The translations under genes and the position numbers were made by a program. A DNA stretch of 64,000 bases from a virus. A model generated the notes under the pieces. The model did no database searches and was not told the DNA's origin. It saw only the letters and a list, made by a program, of their open reading frames with translations. Below are positions 28,514 to 38,091 of the stretch, one piece after another; position 1 is the stretch's first letter, and the number at the start of each line of letters is the position of its first letter. Where the stretch lies: the IMG/VR virus record IMGVR_UViG_3300021093_000007; one strand, 5' to 3'.

Positions 28514-28849
28514 ATGGCTCAAATCAAACCTGGAAACTTTTGTCCTCTTATTCAATCCGATTGTAAAGGTCTTGAATGCTCTTGGTATACCCAAATTAGA
28601 GGAACTAATCCAAATACAGGTGAACCAGTGGATGAATGGGCATGTGCTATTAATTGGTTACCAATGTTAATGATTGAAAATTCTCAACAACAACGTTCGA
28701 CTGGTGCAGCGGTAGAATCGTTTAGAAATGAGATGGTAAAAGCAAATGAAAGTAATATTAATGTTTTGTCCGCTGCTGCTCAAATGCTGCAACATGCAAG
28801 AGAGAATAAAGTTCTAACTGCTAACGTTCAAGAGGTAACAGAAGAATGA
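28514..28849 (+). CDS. Cys-rich fibre-associated conserved phage protein
   Basis: FCPLI..C..C.W...DEWACAI..LP.L.IENSQQQRSTGAAVESFRNEMV. Confidence 0.65.
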   Translation: MAQIKPGNFCPLIQSDCKGLECSWYTQIRGTNPNTGEPVDEWACAINWLPMLMIENSQQQRSTGAAVESFRNEMVKANESNINVLSAAAQMLQHARENKVLTANVQEVTEE

Positions 28850-29646
28850 AAAAATTTACATTAATTGAACAGGATCGATACATTGGTATTGATGGCATAG
28901 GTATTTTCTTCGATGAAAATAATTGGCCATTTGCAGATATAGAACATCTTTGGGCTATTCAATGGAAAGATAATGGGACTGAGGATGGTGATGGATGGAT
29001 TGAATATGATTCTCCTGTTCCAAACACTCCATGCACTCTTGCTGATGTTCAAAAGTATGTAAATCATTTTGATGCTGAATATGAGCGTCAAATGGATACT
29101 AAAAGGAAGAAAGAAGAGGAAGACGCTAGAAAAGCAATTTCATGGCAGGATGCTATGAGAGAACTGGAAGAGCAGATGGAAAAGATGCAACAACGTCATG
29201 AGAAGACGATTGAAACTATCAAAGAAGATCATGATGCTCAGATGCAAAAAGTGCATCAAAGAGTTGCAGAATCTCACGAGAATCTGTTCTATTCCGCTGG
29301 TGTGATGCAGGATAATATTGAGGAAAGTAAGAATGCATTCCAAGTTGAAGCGGGATATGATAATTTAACTATCTTTGATGGTAATGTTGATCCATCGCTG
29401 TTTGATGAGTCTATTGACGAATCATTCTTTGATGATACAACCATATCTGAAGAAATGTTATTGAGCAATCCAGATTTGGGCAATCGAAATGTTATTGAAA
29501 ACTTTAACAACATTGATTTAAGTGTATTGGATAGTGAGTTTAATCTTGAACTGTTGTTTGAGGAAGATCCAACTGAGCAAGTTGTAAATGAAATTGAAGA
29601 ACTGATTGAAGAAGTTGAAAATGAGGAGGATTCCGCTGCTAAATGA
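28846..29646 (+). CDS. Fibre-associated protein with coiled coil and very acidic C-terminus
   Basis: WAIQW..GWIEY N-domain; D/E-rich tail. Confidence 0.55.
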   Translation: MKKFTLIEQDRYIGIDGIGIFFDENNWPFADIEHLWAIQWKDNGTEDGDGWIEYDSPVPNTPCTLADVQKYVNHFDAEYERQMDTKRKKEEEDARKAISWQDAMRELEEQMEKMQQRHEKTIETIKEDHDAQMQKVHQRVAESHENLFYSAGVMQDNIEESKNAFQVEAGYDNLTIFDGNVDPSLFDESIDESFFDDTTISEEMLLSNPDLGNRNVIENFNNIDLSVLDSEFNLELLFEEDPTEQVVNEIEELIEEVENEEDSAAK

Positions 29647-30797
29647 TTTCTAAATTATTTGAAGACAACTATCTGGTTGTTCCTAACTTTATATCATCAG
29701 ACAAAGCAAAGCAATTAGCAGAAGATTTTAAACAATATGCAGATACTTATGATCTAAAAGAAGATCCTCAAGTATCTGATTGTAAAAGTAAGTATGATCA
29801 CATTTCTTTTGTTGAATTGTTGTGTGAAAAAACAACCACAGTATCTCAGTTAATTGGAGAGACTGTGGTTCCAACATATTCTTATGCAAGAATATATCAA
29901 CATGGCAATGAATTAAAGCCTCATGTTGATAAGTGTCAGTGTGAGATATCATTGACTGTTAATTTAGATTGCGATGAACCATGGGCAATATGGATTGAGA
30001 CTCCTAAAAAGATAAAGAAAGAGGTAGTTTTAAATCCAGGTGATGCAATGCTTTACTTGGGTATGGAAGGTCTTCATTGGAGAGAACCATTCAAAGGAAC
30101 ATATTGTAATCAGGTGTTCTTACATTATGTAAGAAGTCGTGGACCTTATTTTGCTAGTTACTTTGATAAAGACCGCAAAATAACCAATGATACTATTAAA
30201 TCAGTTGAGAATAAAGTTACTGTGTCTAAAAGTTTGAATAGAGTTGCAAGTTATATTAAAATCTATGATGATATTCTTACAAAAGAAGAATGTGACTTCA
30301 TCATAGGAGAATATAAGAATGCAGTGGAGTGGAGAACGTCAGAAATTGGTGTGAGTGGTAATCAAAATACTTCAGTCAGAAATTGTGATATTATTAATAT
30401 ATCTCTGGGTCATGTAATTGATGCCAATCAAGATATTAGAAAGAGAATAGATGATATTCTTTTTAATAAATCTGCACTTGCTGCAAAAAAGTATATTGCA
30501 GACTTTCCTGATTGTTTTTTACAGTCTGATAGTGGATATGACCTTTTAAGATATCAAGAGGGTGGGTATTATATTCAGCACACTGATAACTTTAAGACAC
30601 AACCTAGAACGGTGTCTATGTCATTTAATTTGAATGATGATTATATTGGTGGTGAGTTTGCATTCTTTGATAGAGAGATGCAAATTAGAACAAGACCAGG
30701 TTCTGTTGTTGTATTCCCATCCAACTTCATGTATCCTCATGAGGTTATGCCTGTTATTAAAGGAACACGATACTCAATTGTCACCTGGTTCACTTGA
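29643..30797 (+). CDS. Tandem two-domain 2OG-Fe(II) oxygenase (prolyl-4-hydroxylase-like)
   Basis: YSYARIY..LKPHVD..HWREP..QVFLHY; then HTD..GGEF..FPSNFMYPHEV..GTRYSIVTW. Confidence 0.85.
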   Translation: MISKLFEDNYLVVPNFISSDKAKQLAEDFKQYADTYDLKEDPQVSDCKSKYDHISFVELLCEKTTTVSQLIGETVVPTYSYARIYQHGNELKPHVDKCQCEISLTVNLDCDEPWAIWIETPKKIKKEVVLNPGDAMLYLGMEGLHWREPFKGTYCNQVFLHYVRSRGPYFASYFDKDRKITNDTIKSVENKVTVSKSLNRVASYIKIYDDILTKEECDFIIGEYKNAVEWRTSEIGVSGNQNTSVRNCDIINISLGHVIDANQDIRKRIDDILFNKSALAAKKYIADFPDCFLQSDSGYDLLRYQEGGYYIQHTDNFKTQPRTVSMSFNLNDDYIGGEFAFFDREMQIRTRPGSVVVFPSNFMYPHEVMPVIKGTRYSIVTWFT

Positions 30798-30822
30798 CAA
30801 CAATTGCGCTTGCTGGTATATT
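30794..30822 (+). promoter_or_regulatory. Sigma70-type early promoter
   Basis: TTGACA-N17-TATATT. Confidence 0.7.
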
Positions 30823-30845
30823 GTCAATAGTTGTTATTTTATTCG

Positions 30846-31067
30846 ATGGCACTGTCTCAATCTGTTGAAACAAGTCTGAAGGAAGCAGAATCTTCTCTTC
30901 GTAATGCTTTGTCCTATGCTGCTCGTCAGGAACGTCCTGTGGTTTGCAACGCAATCTCAAAGCTGATTTTGGATATTGACCATATCATGAGCTTTGATGG
31001 TCTTTTGGACAAACTGGAACAGAGAGCGGAGGGAGACAAAGGAACTTGGGGTCCGTTTGGTTCGTAA
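30846..31067 (+). CDS. Conserved cyanophage hypothetical protein
   Basis: MALSQSVETSLKEAESSLRNALSYAARQERP. Confidence 0.65.
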   Translation: MALSQSVETSLKEAESSLRNALSYAARQERPVVCNAISKLILDIDHIMSFDGLLDKLEQRAEGDKGTWGPFGS

Positions 31068-31163
31068 AGTTTTGTTACAACACTCTAAAAACAATATTAA
31101 GGAATCACACTTTATGATTAAATAATGTTAGAATATGCTGACAATTCACAGGAGCAATCCATA

Positions 31164-31328
31164 ATGACAATTTCCACCAATTCAAGCAGCAAACTCACTG
31201 ATGATGAATGGCAGGAGATGATCGCCCTTAGGGATGCAATTAACACCAATCCAGCAACAGTTCACCCAGAAAAAATGGAGCAGTTTACTAAGTATCTTGT
31301 TCGTAGTATGAGGGAGATGGGAGCATAA
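31164..31328 (+). CDS. Small hypothetical protein
   Basis: AGGAG SD; ORF track. Confidence 0.6.
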   Translation: MTISTNSSSKLTDDEWQEMIALRDAINTNPATVHPEKMEQFTKYLVRSMREMGA

Positions 31329-31360
31329 GATTATAGATAATATATCTTATCTCAGCTAAA

Positions 31361-31849
31361 ATGGATTCTGATTTACTTGAATTATACAACAAAGGTGTAA
31401 AAACAAAGGAAGATATAGAGTCGGATTATAAGAGCAGACTGGAAGAAAAAGAACGTGTTAAAAGCACGATTCTCCTTAAAACTGGTCTGCTTTGTCTTAG
31501 ATTAACTGAAGACTATTTTAGAGAGACTCGTTATATTTTAAGTAGAAGAGAGTTGGAAGAGGGTGAAACAGTAGAGATTAAGTATAAAAGAAGAGAACTT
31601 GATAATAACTTGGATATTGGTTCTTTTGTTATAGATGATGACAATAGAAAATATTATCGAATCTTACAATTAACTGATACTGATACTCCAAAAACACATT
31701 GTTTTGTTGACATGAAGACTGGTATTGTGTATAAAGCACGTAACTCTACATCTGCAAATAAAAAACTGGCATGGGATATTGATGAATGCATTAGGGTAGC
31801 AGATTGGAGAGGATATTACTTAAATGAGGATCCAAAAATAGGAGAATAA
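31361..31849 (+). CDS. Hypothetical protein, divergent paralog of 39683..40144
   Basis: HCFVDMKTGIVYKA...ADWRGYYL. Confidence 0.6.
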   Translation: MDSDLLELYNKGVKTKEDIESDYKSRLEEKERVKSTILLKTGLLCLRLTEDYFRETRYILSRRELEEGETVEIKYKRRELDNNLDIGSFVIDDDNRKYYRILQLTDTDTPKTHCFVDMKTGIVYKARNSTSANKKLAWDIDECIRVADWRGYYLNEDPKIGE

Positions 31850-31851
31850 TC

Positions 31852-32253
31852 ATGGGAATGTTTGACACAGTTAAAAGTTCTTACGATCTTGGTCCAGGTT
31901 ATCAAAAGGAATTACAAACAAAAGATCTAGATTGTGTAATGCATCATTACTGGATTGATCCAGTTGGTAGATTGTTTTTGATTGATGATTCTCATACTGC
32001 CGACTTTGTAGAAATAAATGAGGGTGATGATGAATATGATCCTAAAAGATTATATTTAAATTATAAATGGGTTCCAAATGGTATTCATGGTAAAGTGAGA
32101 CCAGTTTATCATTATGGTGTTGTGGAGGTTTATCCTGCTATGTGGGATTCCAAATATTCACCTTGGCCTAGTTGTCAATTATATTTTAGATATGGTATTA
32201 TTGAGAAGGTAGTTCAAGAAACAGAACGATTTCAACTAGCAAGAGGTTATTGA
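31852..32253 (+). CDS. Conserved phage hypothetical protein (MGMFD family)
   Basis: MGMFDTV...QTKDLDC. Confidence 0.65.
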   Translation: MGMFDTVKSSYDLGPGYQKELQTKDLDCVMHHYWIDPVGRLFLIDDSHTADFVEINEGDDEYDPKRLYLNYKWVPNGIHGKVRPVYHYGVVEVYPAMWDSKYSPWPSCQLYFRYGIIEKVVQETERFQLARGY

Positions 32254-32646
32254 ATGTTCACCAATAGAGTACTGGGAACAGATAATAAGAGACTCACCCT
32301 GAATTGGTGGGAGTATTGGATTGGACACTGCTGGATGACTGGTTGGCAAAGCATTCGTGGAGCATTCCGCATTTGGAGTGACCTTATGACAGACAACTAT
32401 AAGGATTATACTCTTCTTCATGATGATGATCCTTTTACTGAATGTTATGAATGGTTTTGGGTTACTCTTGGTGAAGATGAGGTTTATCCAAAAGCATTTC
32501 TTGAACATTTGATGCAACTTGCAGATGACGTTGAGACTGGTAAAGAGAAGGTTTATCCACTGGATGAGGACTTTTTTGAACGATTAAAAGAACTTACTGA
32601 TGGTGTTGATGTAAATTTATTTGGAGAAGACGATGAAACTAATTAA
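32254..32646 (+). CDS. Hypothetical protein
   Basis: ORF track. Confidence 0.6.
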   Translation: MFTNRVLGTDNKRLTLNWWEYWIGHCWMTGWQSIRGAFRIWSDLMTDNYKDYTLLHDDDPFTECYEWFWVTLGEDEVYPKAFLEHLMQLADDVETGKEKVYPLDEDFFERLKELTDGVDVNLFGEDDETN

Positions 32647-32932
32647 ATTTAAGCACAGAGTTGACTTTGGACATGACTGGTATGTTCAAATTTTGAATAC
32701 TGGAAGACACTTTCCTAAGTTCATTAAAAACTATTCATTAATCCAATTGTCTGTAAGTTGGAATGATAGTGCTGGATGGCCTTATTTGCAAATTAGTTCT
32801 GGAGCTAATGGTCTTCTTAGTATTCTTTTTTGGGTTTATAAGTTTGGATTTGATATTGATATTCTCTCACGCACTTGGAATTTTGGTTACTTGGAAAAAT
32901 TAGATGAAGAATCTCCCAGAAACCAGTATTGA
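32633..32932 (+). CDS. Hypothetical protein (similar to 36217..36486)
   Basis: MKL...DFGHDWYVQIL. Confidence 0.55.
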   Translation: MKLIKFKHRVDFGHDWYVQILNTGRHFPKFIKNYSLIQLSVSWNDSAGWPYLQISSGANGLLSILFWVYKFGFDIDILSRTWNFGYLEKLDEESPRNQY

Positions 32933-32977
32933 AACTGTCACACCCACCCTTGACTCTGCCCCACCCTGCCCTATAAT
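32920..32977 (+). promoter_or_regulatory. 22-bp inverted-repeat promoter cassette
   Basis: AAACCAG-N8-CTGTCAC, TTGACT, TATAAT at 32972. Confidence 0.7.
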
Positions 32978-32998
32978 ATTCTCATACACAACAAACCA

Positions 32999-33406
32999 AT
33001 GACTTACAAAGCAACTCTCAAGGTTAAGTTTGATACTGAATGGACTTCCACTTCTTATAGTAGTGGATATGATCTTAGTATGCTTCCTGAAGAGCATTAT
33101 ACTTTTCAGGTTCCTGCTGAAGACCTTAATGTTCATCAACTGTTTCGTTTCTTCGCAACTGTTGCCCGTGCAATGGGTCATAATGACATCAACATTATGA
33201 AAGGTGCTTGTAGTGTTGCATTTAGTGAGGAAAGAAGTTACGAAGATATGCGTAAGGTTGCTGATGAGTTTGAACTGACTTTGGGTGAAGACCTAAAAAC
33301 GAAGTTTGATGATATGCAGCAAGCAGAAGAAGAGTGGGAACGACTTAAGAAAGGTCCTATGGGAACTGTCCTGACTGATGAGGAACAATGCGAAGAGTCA
33401 CTGTAA
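32999..33406 (+). CDS. Hypothetical early protein
   Basis: ORF directly after promoter. Confidence 0.65.
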   Translation: MTYKATLKVKFDTEWTSTSYSSGYDLSMLPEEHYTFQVPAEDLNVHQLFRFFATVARAMGHNDINIMKGACSVAFSEERSYEDMRKVADEFELTLGEDLKTKFDDMQQAEEEWERLKKGPMGTVLTDEEQCEESL

Positions 33407-33588
33407 AACCTAAATCTAGCAAGGCAAAGAACCGTCTTGCTAACTCTATGGATGGTAATCCTATCTGTGTTGTTGAGCAAGACAAAGGAGATGGTATGTT
33501 GTTTCTTGCTAGTGAAAACCAGAAATACTTCTTCTGGGTCAATGTAAGTGAAGACTGCCATTGGGAAACTGAATGGGAAGTATTATGA
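33388..33588 (+). CDS. Small hypothetical protein (paralog family A)
   Basis: PKSSKAKNRLANSMDG...FFWVN. Confidence 0.65.
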   Translation: MRRVTVKPKSSKAKNRLANSMDGNPICVVEQDKGDGMLFLASENQKYFFWVNVSEDCHWETEWEVL

Positions 33589-33788
33589 CTAAAGCCCAGC
33601 AGATTATGAAGTCCTATGATAGAAAGTGGGCAAGTATGAGAAACAAAAACTGCTATGATAGGAAATATGCTATCGCACACCTTATTCGTGAGACGGCACA
33701 TCAAATCCTCCCACACAATCCCAGTCACCCATTTACTGCCTGGAAACAGGAAATGCTACAAATTGCTGATGAAATTGAGGCATTATGA
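33585..33788 (+). CDS. Hypothetical protein
   Basis: ATGA-coupled ORF. Confidence 0.55.
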   Translation: MTKAQQIMKSYDRKWASMRNKNCYDRKYAIAHLIRETAHQILPHNPSHPFTAWKQEMLQIADEIEAL

Positions 33789-33967
33789 AACCTAAAATGC
33801 GTGTCATTCTTGAGATGGCGATTGAAGAAGGTGTGCGTCGTGGGTATGCACGAGCACACAAACATGTAGAGAATCCTACTGAAGGTGCTATAATAGAGCA
33901 CATTGAGGAGGCAGTGATGTCTTCTATCTACGAATACTTTACTTTTGACGAGGAGGATTATCAATGA
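33785..33967 (+). CDS. Hypothetical protein
   Basis: ATGA-coupled ORF. Confidence 0.6.
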   Translation: MKPKMRVILEMAIEEGVRRGYARAHKHVENPTEGAIIEHIEEAVMSSIYEYFTFDEEDYQ

Positions 33968-34203
33968 GCTTGATTGATACGCTAGAATACTTCATCGATG
34001 ATACCAGGGCACGTTGTTCTGATATTGAATGGGAGATCCGTGAGGAAGGAAACTATGCTCATGAAGAAGATCACACAGCACGATTTGATTACTTCTGTGA
34101 AGAGTATGATGAAGCAAAAGCACGGTTAGATGATCTGCTACAAATCAAATCCATTATTGAGGCACAACTTCATCAATGGATGGAAACAGGGGACGGCGTA
34201 TGA
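33964..34203 (+). CDS. Hypothetical protein
   Basis: ATGA-coupled ORF. Confidence 0.6.
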   Translation: MSLIDTLEYFIDDTRARCSDIEWEIREEGNYAHEEDHTARFDYFCEEYDEAKARLDDLLQIKSIIEAQLHQWMETGDGV

Positions 34204-34370
34204 CTACTAAACCACAAACATTCAAGCATATCTCCCGTGCGATTGATAAACACGGAGTTCATCATCTTGATGCTCTGGATGAATTTGGACGGCACTGGTA
34301 TGCTACAATGGAACAGAAAGAAGAACCTTGGCTCACTTATGTTCAACACTGGACTTTGAGGACACACTGA
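34200..34370 (+). CDS. Hypothetical protein
   Basis: ATGA-coupled ORF. Confidence 0.55.
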   Translation: MTTKPQTFKHISRAIDKHGVHHLDALDEFGRHWYATMEQKEEPWLTYVQHWTLRTH

Positions 34371-34372
34371 TT

Positions 34373-34558
34373 ATGTTATTTGACGAACCACTACTAAATT
34401 CACTACAAGGAACTATGGCTACGATTGACCCCTATTCAGTAAAGAAAGAAGCAATTGATGAGTATCGTATGGATACTATTGAGGAACGACTTACTCGTAT
34501 TGAAGATAAACTTGATTTACTTATTATGCAACTAAAAATAGAGTTTTACAAAAAATGA
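34373..34558 (+). CDS. Hypothetical protein
   Basis: ORF track; start moved. Confidence 0.5.
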   Translation: MLFDEPLLNSLQGTMATIDPYSVKKEAIDEYRMDTIEERLTRIEDKLDLLIMQLKIEFYKK

Positions 34559-34724
34559 TTGACCTTATCAAAACACTACTCAAATCAGCACTTGCCACCT
34601 CCCGTTGGGGTCCGCTAACAGAGGCAGATGAAGAACTTGTATGGGACTCTTCTTTTGCTAAAATATTCAAAGCATCATCTATCCGCCGAACACCGTCAAC
34701 ACCACGCACTGCAATTACACTTGA

Positions 34725-34955
34725 ATGACTCAACTTATTGATCCTTCTGATCCACGCTATTTCCGTCAAACATCTGACGAACCATATCTCCGTCACGATT
34801 ATAAATTAGTAACAAGCACTGGCGAATCTGTTATCTTTGATAATTATGAAGATGTGCAGCGTAGGTGGTTTGAGCGTGGTGGTAATTTTTTAAGTCACGT
34901 TGAGGTTCTAGATCACAAAGAACCGAAAAAAAGCAAAAAGACAAAGGGTTTCTGA
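34725..34955 (+). CDS. Small hypothetical protein (paralog family B)
   Basis: F.QTSDEPY.RH.Y...LSHVEVLD...KGF shared with 47625. Confidence 0.65.
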   Translation: MTQLIDPSDPRYFRQTSDEPYLRHDYKLVTSTGESVIFDNYEDVQRRWFERGGNFLSHVEVLDHKEPKKSKKTKGF

Positions 34956-34957
34956 TT

Positions 34958-35419
34958 ATGATTGACTGGACAACGAGATTTGAAGCTCTGCCCGATGTAG
35001 AAAAAGATAAGATTGCTCTGTTGCGAGTGATTGAATGTACGAATGGTATTATTCAACACACCTATCGTGCTGGTGAAGATGATACACTGACTGTTGATGA
35101 AGTCAGAGATGCCATGAAGTTCTCTATGGGATGTATGAAGCGTATGGAAATACCTGTAGGAGATAAAGTGGTTACATTTGCACCTGAAACTGCGGAACTC
35201 TTCACTGAAATGAGACGATTGTATATCTCTGGTGCGAAACAAAACAATCAAGAAGATTTTAATGAGTTTCTCAAAGGATCTAAAGCAAATCTACTTGCAA
35301 TAGGTAAAGAACGCATCCTGGAAGCAAGACGACTTGCATTTGAACATATTGACGAATTACCACCTCATACACTAGAATGGGGACTTGAATACATCTTTAG
35401 TTTTGCTGGGTGGGTATGA
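34958..35419 (+). CDS. Hypothetical protein
   Basis: 153-aa ORF. Confidence 0.65.
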   Translation: MIDWTTRFEALPDVEKDKIALLRVIECTNGIIQHTYRAGEDDTLTVDEVRDAMKFSMGCMKRMEIPVGDKVVTFAPETAELFTEMRRLYISGAKQNNQEDFNEFLKGSKANLLAIGKERILEARRLAFEHIDELPPHTLEWGLEYIFSFAGWV

Positions 35420-35721
35420 TGACTGACAAAATTACACTTGAACTCACACTTGAAGAACTCAAACTGATTGATAAGTATGTTGAGTTAAATGATGAGACCC
35501 AGAGTGTATTTGATAAAATCAAGTATGCTTATCCTAAACCAGAAACTCTCTATGATGTTTGTATGACTTGGTGGGGGAGAGTGTTTGATAATAATGATGA
35601 TATGGAAACTTGCATTGATGATTTGGTAGATAATATTGACTATTGGTTGCCGAAAGAACACGACACTAACAGTTATAAATGGAATGAGTGTATCCGAACA
35701 ATTAGGGAGAAACTACGATAA
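35416..35721 (+). CDS. Hypothetical protein
   Basis: ATGA-coupled ORF. Confidence 0.55.
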   Translation: MMTDKITLELTLEELKLIDKYVELNDETQSVFDKIKYAYPKPETLYDVCMTWWGRVFDNNDDMETCIDDLVDNIDYWLPKEHDTNSYKWNECIRTIREKLR

Positions 35722-35915
35722 TGCCTTTTTTTCCTGACTGCTATGATGAGTGGGGATTGTATCAGATCACCTACGATGGAGACCACAAACTATATGAAAT
35801 GTTGTTTGAGGGCACAGAAGAAGAGTGTCGTCAATATGCCTACGATAACTACACTGACAAGGAGCAAACTAACATGTGCTTGATGGATTGGGAAGCTAGG
35901 GAGTGGGATGTATGA
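35721..35915 (+). CDS. Hypothetical protein
   Basis: TAATG-coupled ORF. Confidence 0.55.
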   Translation: MPFFPDCYDEWGLYQITYDGDHKLYEMLFEGTEEECRQYAYDNYTDKEQTNMCLMDWEAREWDV

Positions 35916-36220
35916 CTAACATAATCAACAAACTACTTGCCATTTTTAATCTCAAACTTGTATCCACTAAACCAGATACAAGTTTGGCAAAAGAAACTGT
36001 AAAGTTCTTGGAACGACATAAAGATTATTGGAATGGTGATGTTTTTTTCCCTTCTTATGTTGGAGATATTAACTATGTCCAAGAATGGGTGGAAGGTGAG
36101 TTTCCGCAAGTTTCTGGTGGGATTTATATTTGCGAACGAGTATTAGGAACAGAAGACAAGTATTATGATTATAATGGAGATACTTATACAGCAGAGCAAC
36201 TTCAAGAAAAACTAAAATGA
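35912..36220 (+). CDS. Hypothetical protein
   Basis: ATGA-coupled ORF. Confidence 0.55.
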   Translation: MTNIINKLLAIFNLKLVSTKPDTSLAKETVKFLERHKDYWNGDVFFPSYVGDINYVQEWVEGEFPQVSGGIYICERVLGTEDKYYDYNGDTYTAEQLQEKLK

Positions 36221-36486
36221 AACTTTTTGACTACGAAACTTACGAGGATTATGGTAAGGAATGGTTCTTACAAATCCTTCCGCACGGTAGATATGCCCTA
36301 TTAGATTTTTCACTACAGTGGGATGAATATCATGGTGAGGAATGGTTCCCACGGATTGCTATTCATATTGGTGATACTACTGTGTGTGGATTTTTCATTC
36401 GTTATAGACGATTGTATTTTAGTTGTGATATAATTTGTATCAAACGTGATTTTAGCTGGTATAGAAATAGGAGTAGTTATGTCTGA
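36217..36486 (+). CDS. Hypothetical protein (similar to 32633..32932)
   Basis: MKLF...DYGKEWFLQIL. Confidence 0.55.
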   Translation: MKLFDYETYEDYGKEWFLQILPHGRYALLDFSLQWDEYHGEEWFPRIAIHIGDTTVCGFFIRYRRLYFSCDIICIKRDFSWYRNRSSYV

Positions 36487-36823
36487 ACCATACCCTGATG
36501 AAATGTTTGAGGAAGCAGCACGAAGAGAAAAAGAAAACAAAGTCCTAGACATCGCAAAGAACCTTATGGAAGAACATAAGGAAGCATTCCAACATCTTGC
36601 TGCGATTGAAAGAAAAGAACTTGCCGAAAAAGGATTTGAAGAACTCACCACAAATGAGAAAATTCAACTTGCCCTTGAAGAGATTGATTGGATTGTGATT
36701 GGTGGTCAAGATGGTGAAGAGTTTTATGGTTCTATTCAGTTTCTTCGTAAGGTGTTGAGGAGCCTTGTGATACCTGAACAACCGTCACAAGGACACACCA
36801 GAACCGACCTGGATGCCCTATAA
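36479..36823 (+). CDS. Hypothetical protein
   Basis: AGGAG SD before ATG 36479. Confidence 0.55.
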   Translation: MSEPYPDEMFEEAARREKENKVLDIAKNLMEEHKEAFQHLAAIERKELAEKGFEELTTNEKIQLALEEIDWIVIGGQDGEEFYGSIQFLRKVLRSLVIPEQPSQGHTRTDLDAL

Positions 36824-36824
36824 T
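36767..36824 (+). promoter_or_regulatory. 22-bp inverted-repeat promoter cassette
   Basis: GTGATAC-N8-CCGTCAC, TATAAT at 36819. Confidence 0.7.
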
Positions 36825-36847
36825 ACACTTGTACACACAGAACTCTA

Positions 36848-37087
36848 ATGTCTAACTTCTACACTTTACTTCCTGGAACTGATGTGCTCCGCAGTAAGAT
36901 TGATGTCTTTACTTGGACTAATCCCGAAAATGAAAATGAAACTGAACGAGTAGAACTCACAGTAGATAATGCTGGTATTTTCATTACTTCTTGTTCTGGT
37001 GGTGCTCGTGAAGATATGAGTATTTCACAGAAGGATTTGGCGATTGCTCTTGCTCGTGGAATTCTTGAAGCATATGGAGTTGGTTGA
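36848..37087 (+). CDS. Hypothetical early protein
   Basis: ORF after promoter. Confidence 0.6.
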   Translation: MSNFYTLLPGTDVLRSKIDVFTWTNPENENETERVELTVDNAGIFITSCSGGAREDMSISQKDLAIALARGILEAYGVG

Positions 37088-37411
37088 ATGACTGACATTT
37101 CTAAACTTTCTTATAAAGAACTCCAAAAACTTGCAAAACAAATTGATGAACGCAAAGAGGTATTGCGTAAGTCAAAAGACTGTGTTGAAGGTTATAAAAT
37201 CACCTTCTGTGTAAAGTTCAATCCTGCTGAACACCAATTTGATGAATTGAAAAGTCCAGAAGATTTTGGTGATTATTTGGCAAATGATGTGGCAAATATG
37301 ATTATCAAAGATTTGGGTCTTCTGCAATCTGATGTAAGTGCTTTTATCATTGAAGAAATGACTGATGAAGATAAGGTAGAATGGAAGAACTTCTGGGAGG
37401 ATGATGAATGA
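37088..37411 (+). CDS. Hypothetical protein
   Basis: ORF track. Confidence 0.6.
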   Translation: MTDISKLSYKELQKLAKQIDERKEVLRKSKDCVEGYKITFCVKFNPAEHQFDELKSPEDFGDYLANDVANMIIKDLGLLQSDVSAFIIEEMTDEDKVEWKNFWEDDE

Positions 37412-37707
37412 CTTACAAACTTGATCCAGAAGCAAAAGCATTCTCATACACTCGTGAAGAGTTGTTTGAGTGCATCAAAAAGATTGTAGCACACCCACAC
37501 ACTGCGATCACGAAGCACGACCAATCCCGTGCTCTTGCGATTATGATGGTGTTTGATGATTACTTCACCAATTACACTGAAAGTGATAACAATGGTGGGC
37601 ATTATGTTTATGAACAAGATGCAATTGACTTTATTTCTTTTGTAAGATTTAAACTTGGTATTGCTGGATTACCTGATGGTATTGATGTTGATGAGGTGTT
37701 GAAGTGA
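37408..37707 (+). CDS. Hypothetical protein
   Basis: ATGA-coupled, GGAGG SD. Confidence 0.6.
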   Translation: MTYKLDPEAKAFSYTREELFECIKKIVAHPHTAITKHDQSRALAIMMVFDDYFTNYTESDNNGGHYVYEQDAIDFISFVRFKLGIAGLPDGIDVDEVLK

Positions 37708-37892
37708 GCAGATTTACTGAAAATCCTGATGAGATTGTGCTTCAAGACATTCAGATGTTTCATCTGGAAAGTATGAATGAGAGGACACTCTGGATTGGTG
37801 TCTATACAGAGAGTGATAAAATCTATCACTTGAATATTTCTGCTGTTGGTGATAAACTGAGCTATTGGTGGAGTGATGAAACCTGTGACTGA
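37704..37892 (+). CDS. Hypothetical protein
   Basis: GTGA-coupled ORF. Confidence 0.55.
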   Translation: MSRFTENPDEIVLQDIQMFHLESMNERTLWIGVYTESDKIYHLNISAVGDKLSYWWSDETCD

Positions 37893-38091
37893 CGAACAAA
37901 AACTTACATTTCTACTTAAAGAACTTAAAATTTTAGCAAGAGAAACTCATTGTTATGATGGTAAAGGTGGTGGAGATTATTATGAATATCCACCACATGA
38001 TTATGATGTATTTGCTGATGGTGAAAAGTATGGACTGGTTTCCTTCGCTCGCAGTATTTTAGAGAGTATGGGTGAGAGTTGTGAGATTTGA
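37876..38091 (+). CDS. Hypothetical protein
   Basis: ORF track. Confidence 0.5.
   Translation: MKPVTDEQKLTFLLKELKILARETHCYDGKGGGDYYEYPPHDYDVFADGEKYGLVSFARSILESMGESCEI

Noticed and set aside
31064-31078. NtcA box
   Set aside because: GTA-N9-TAC, not the required N8 spacing.
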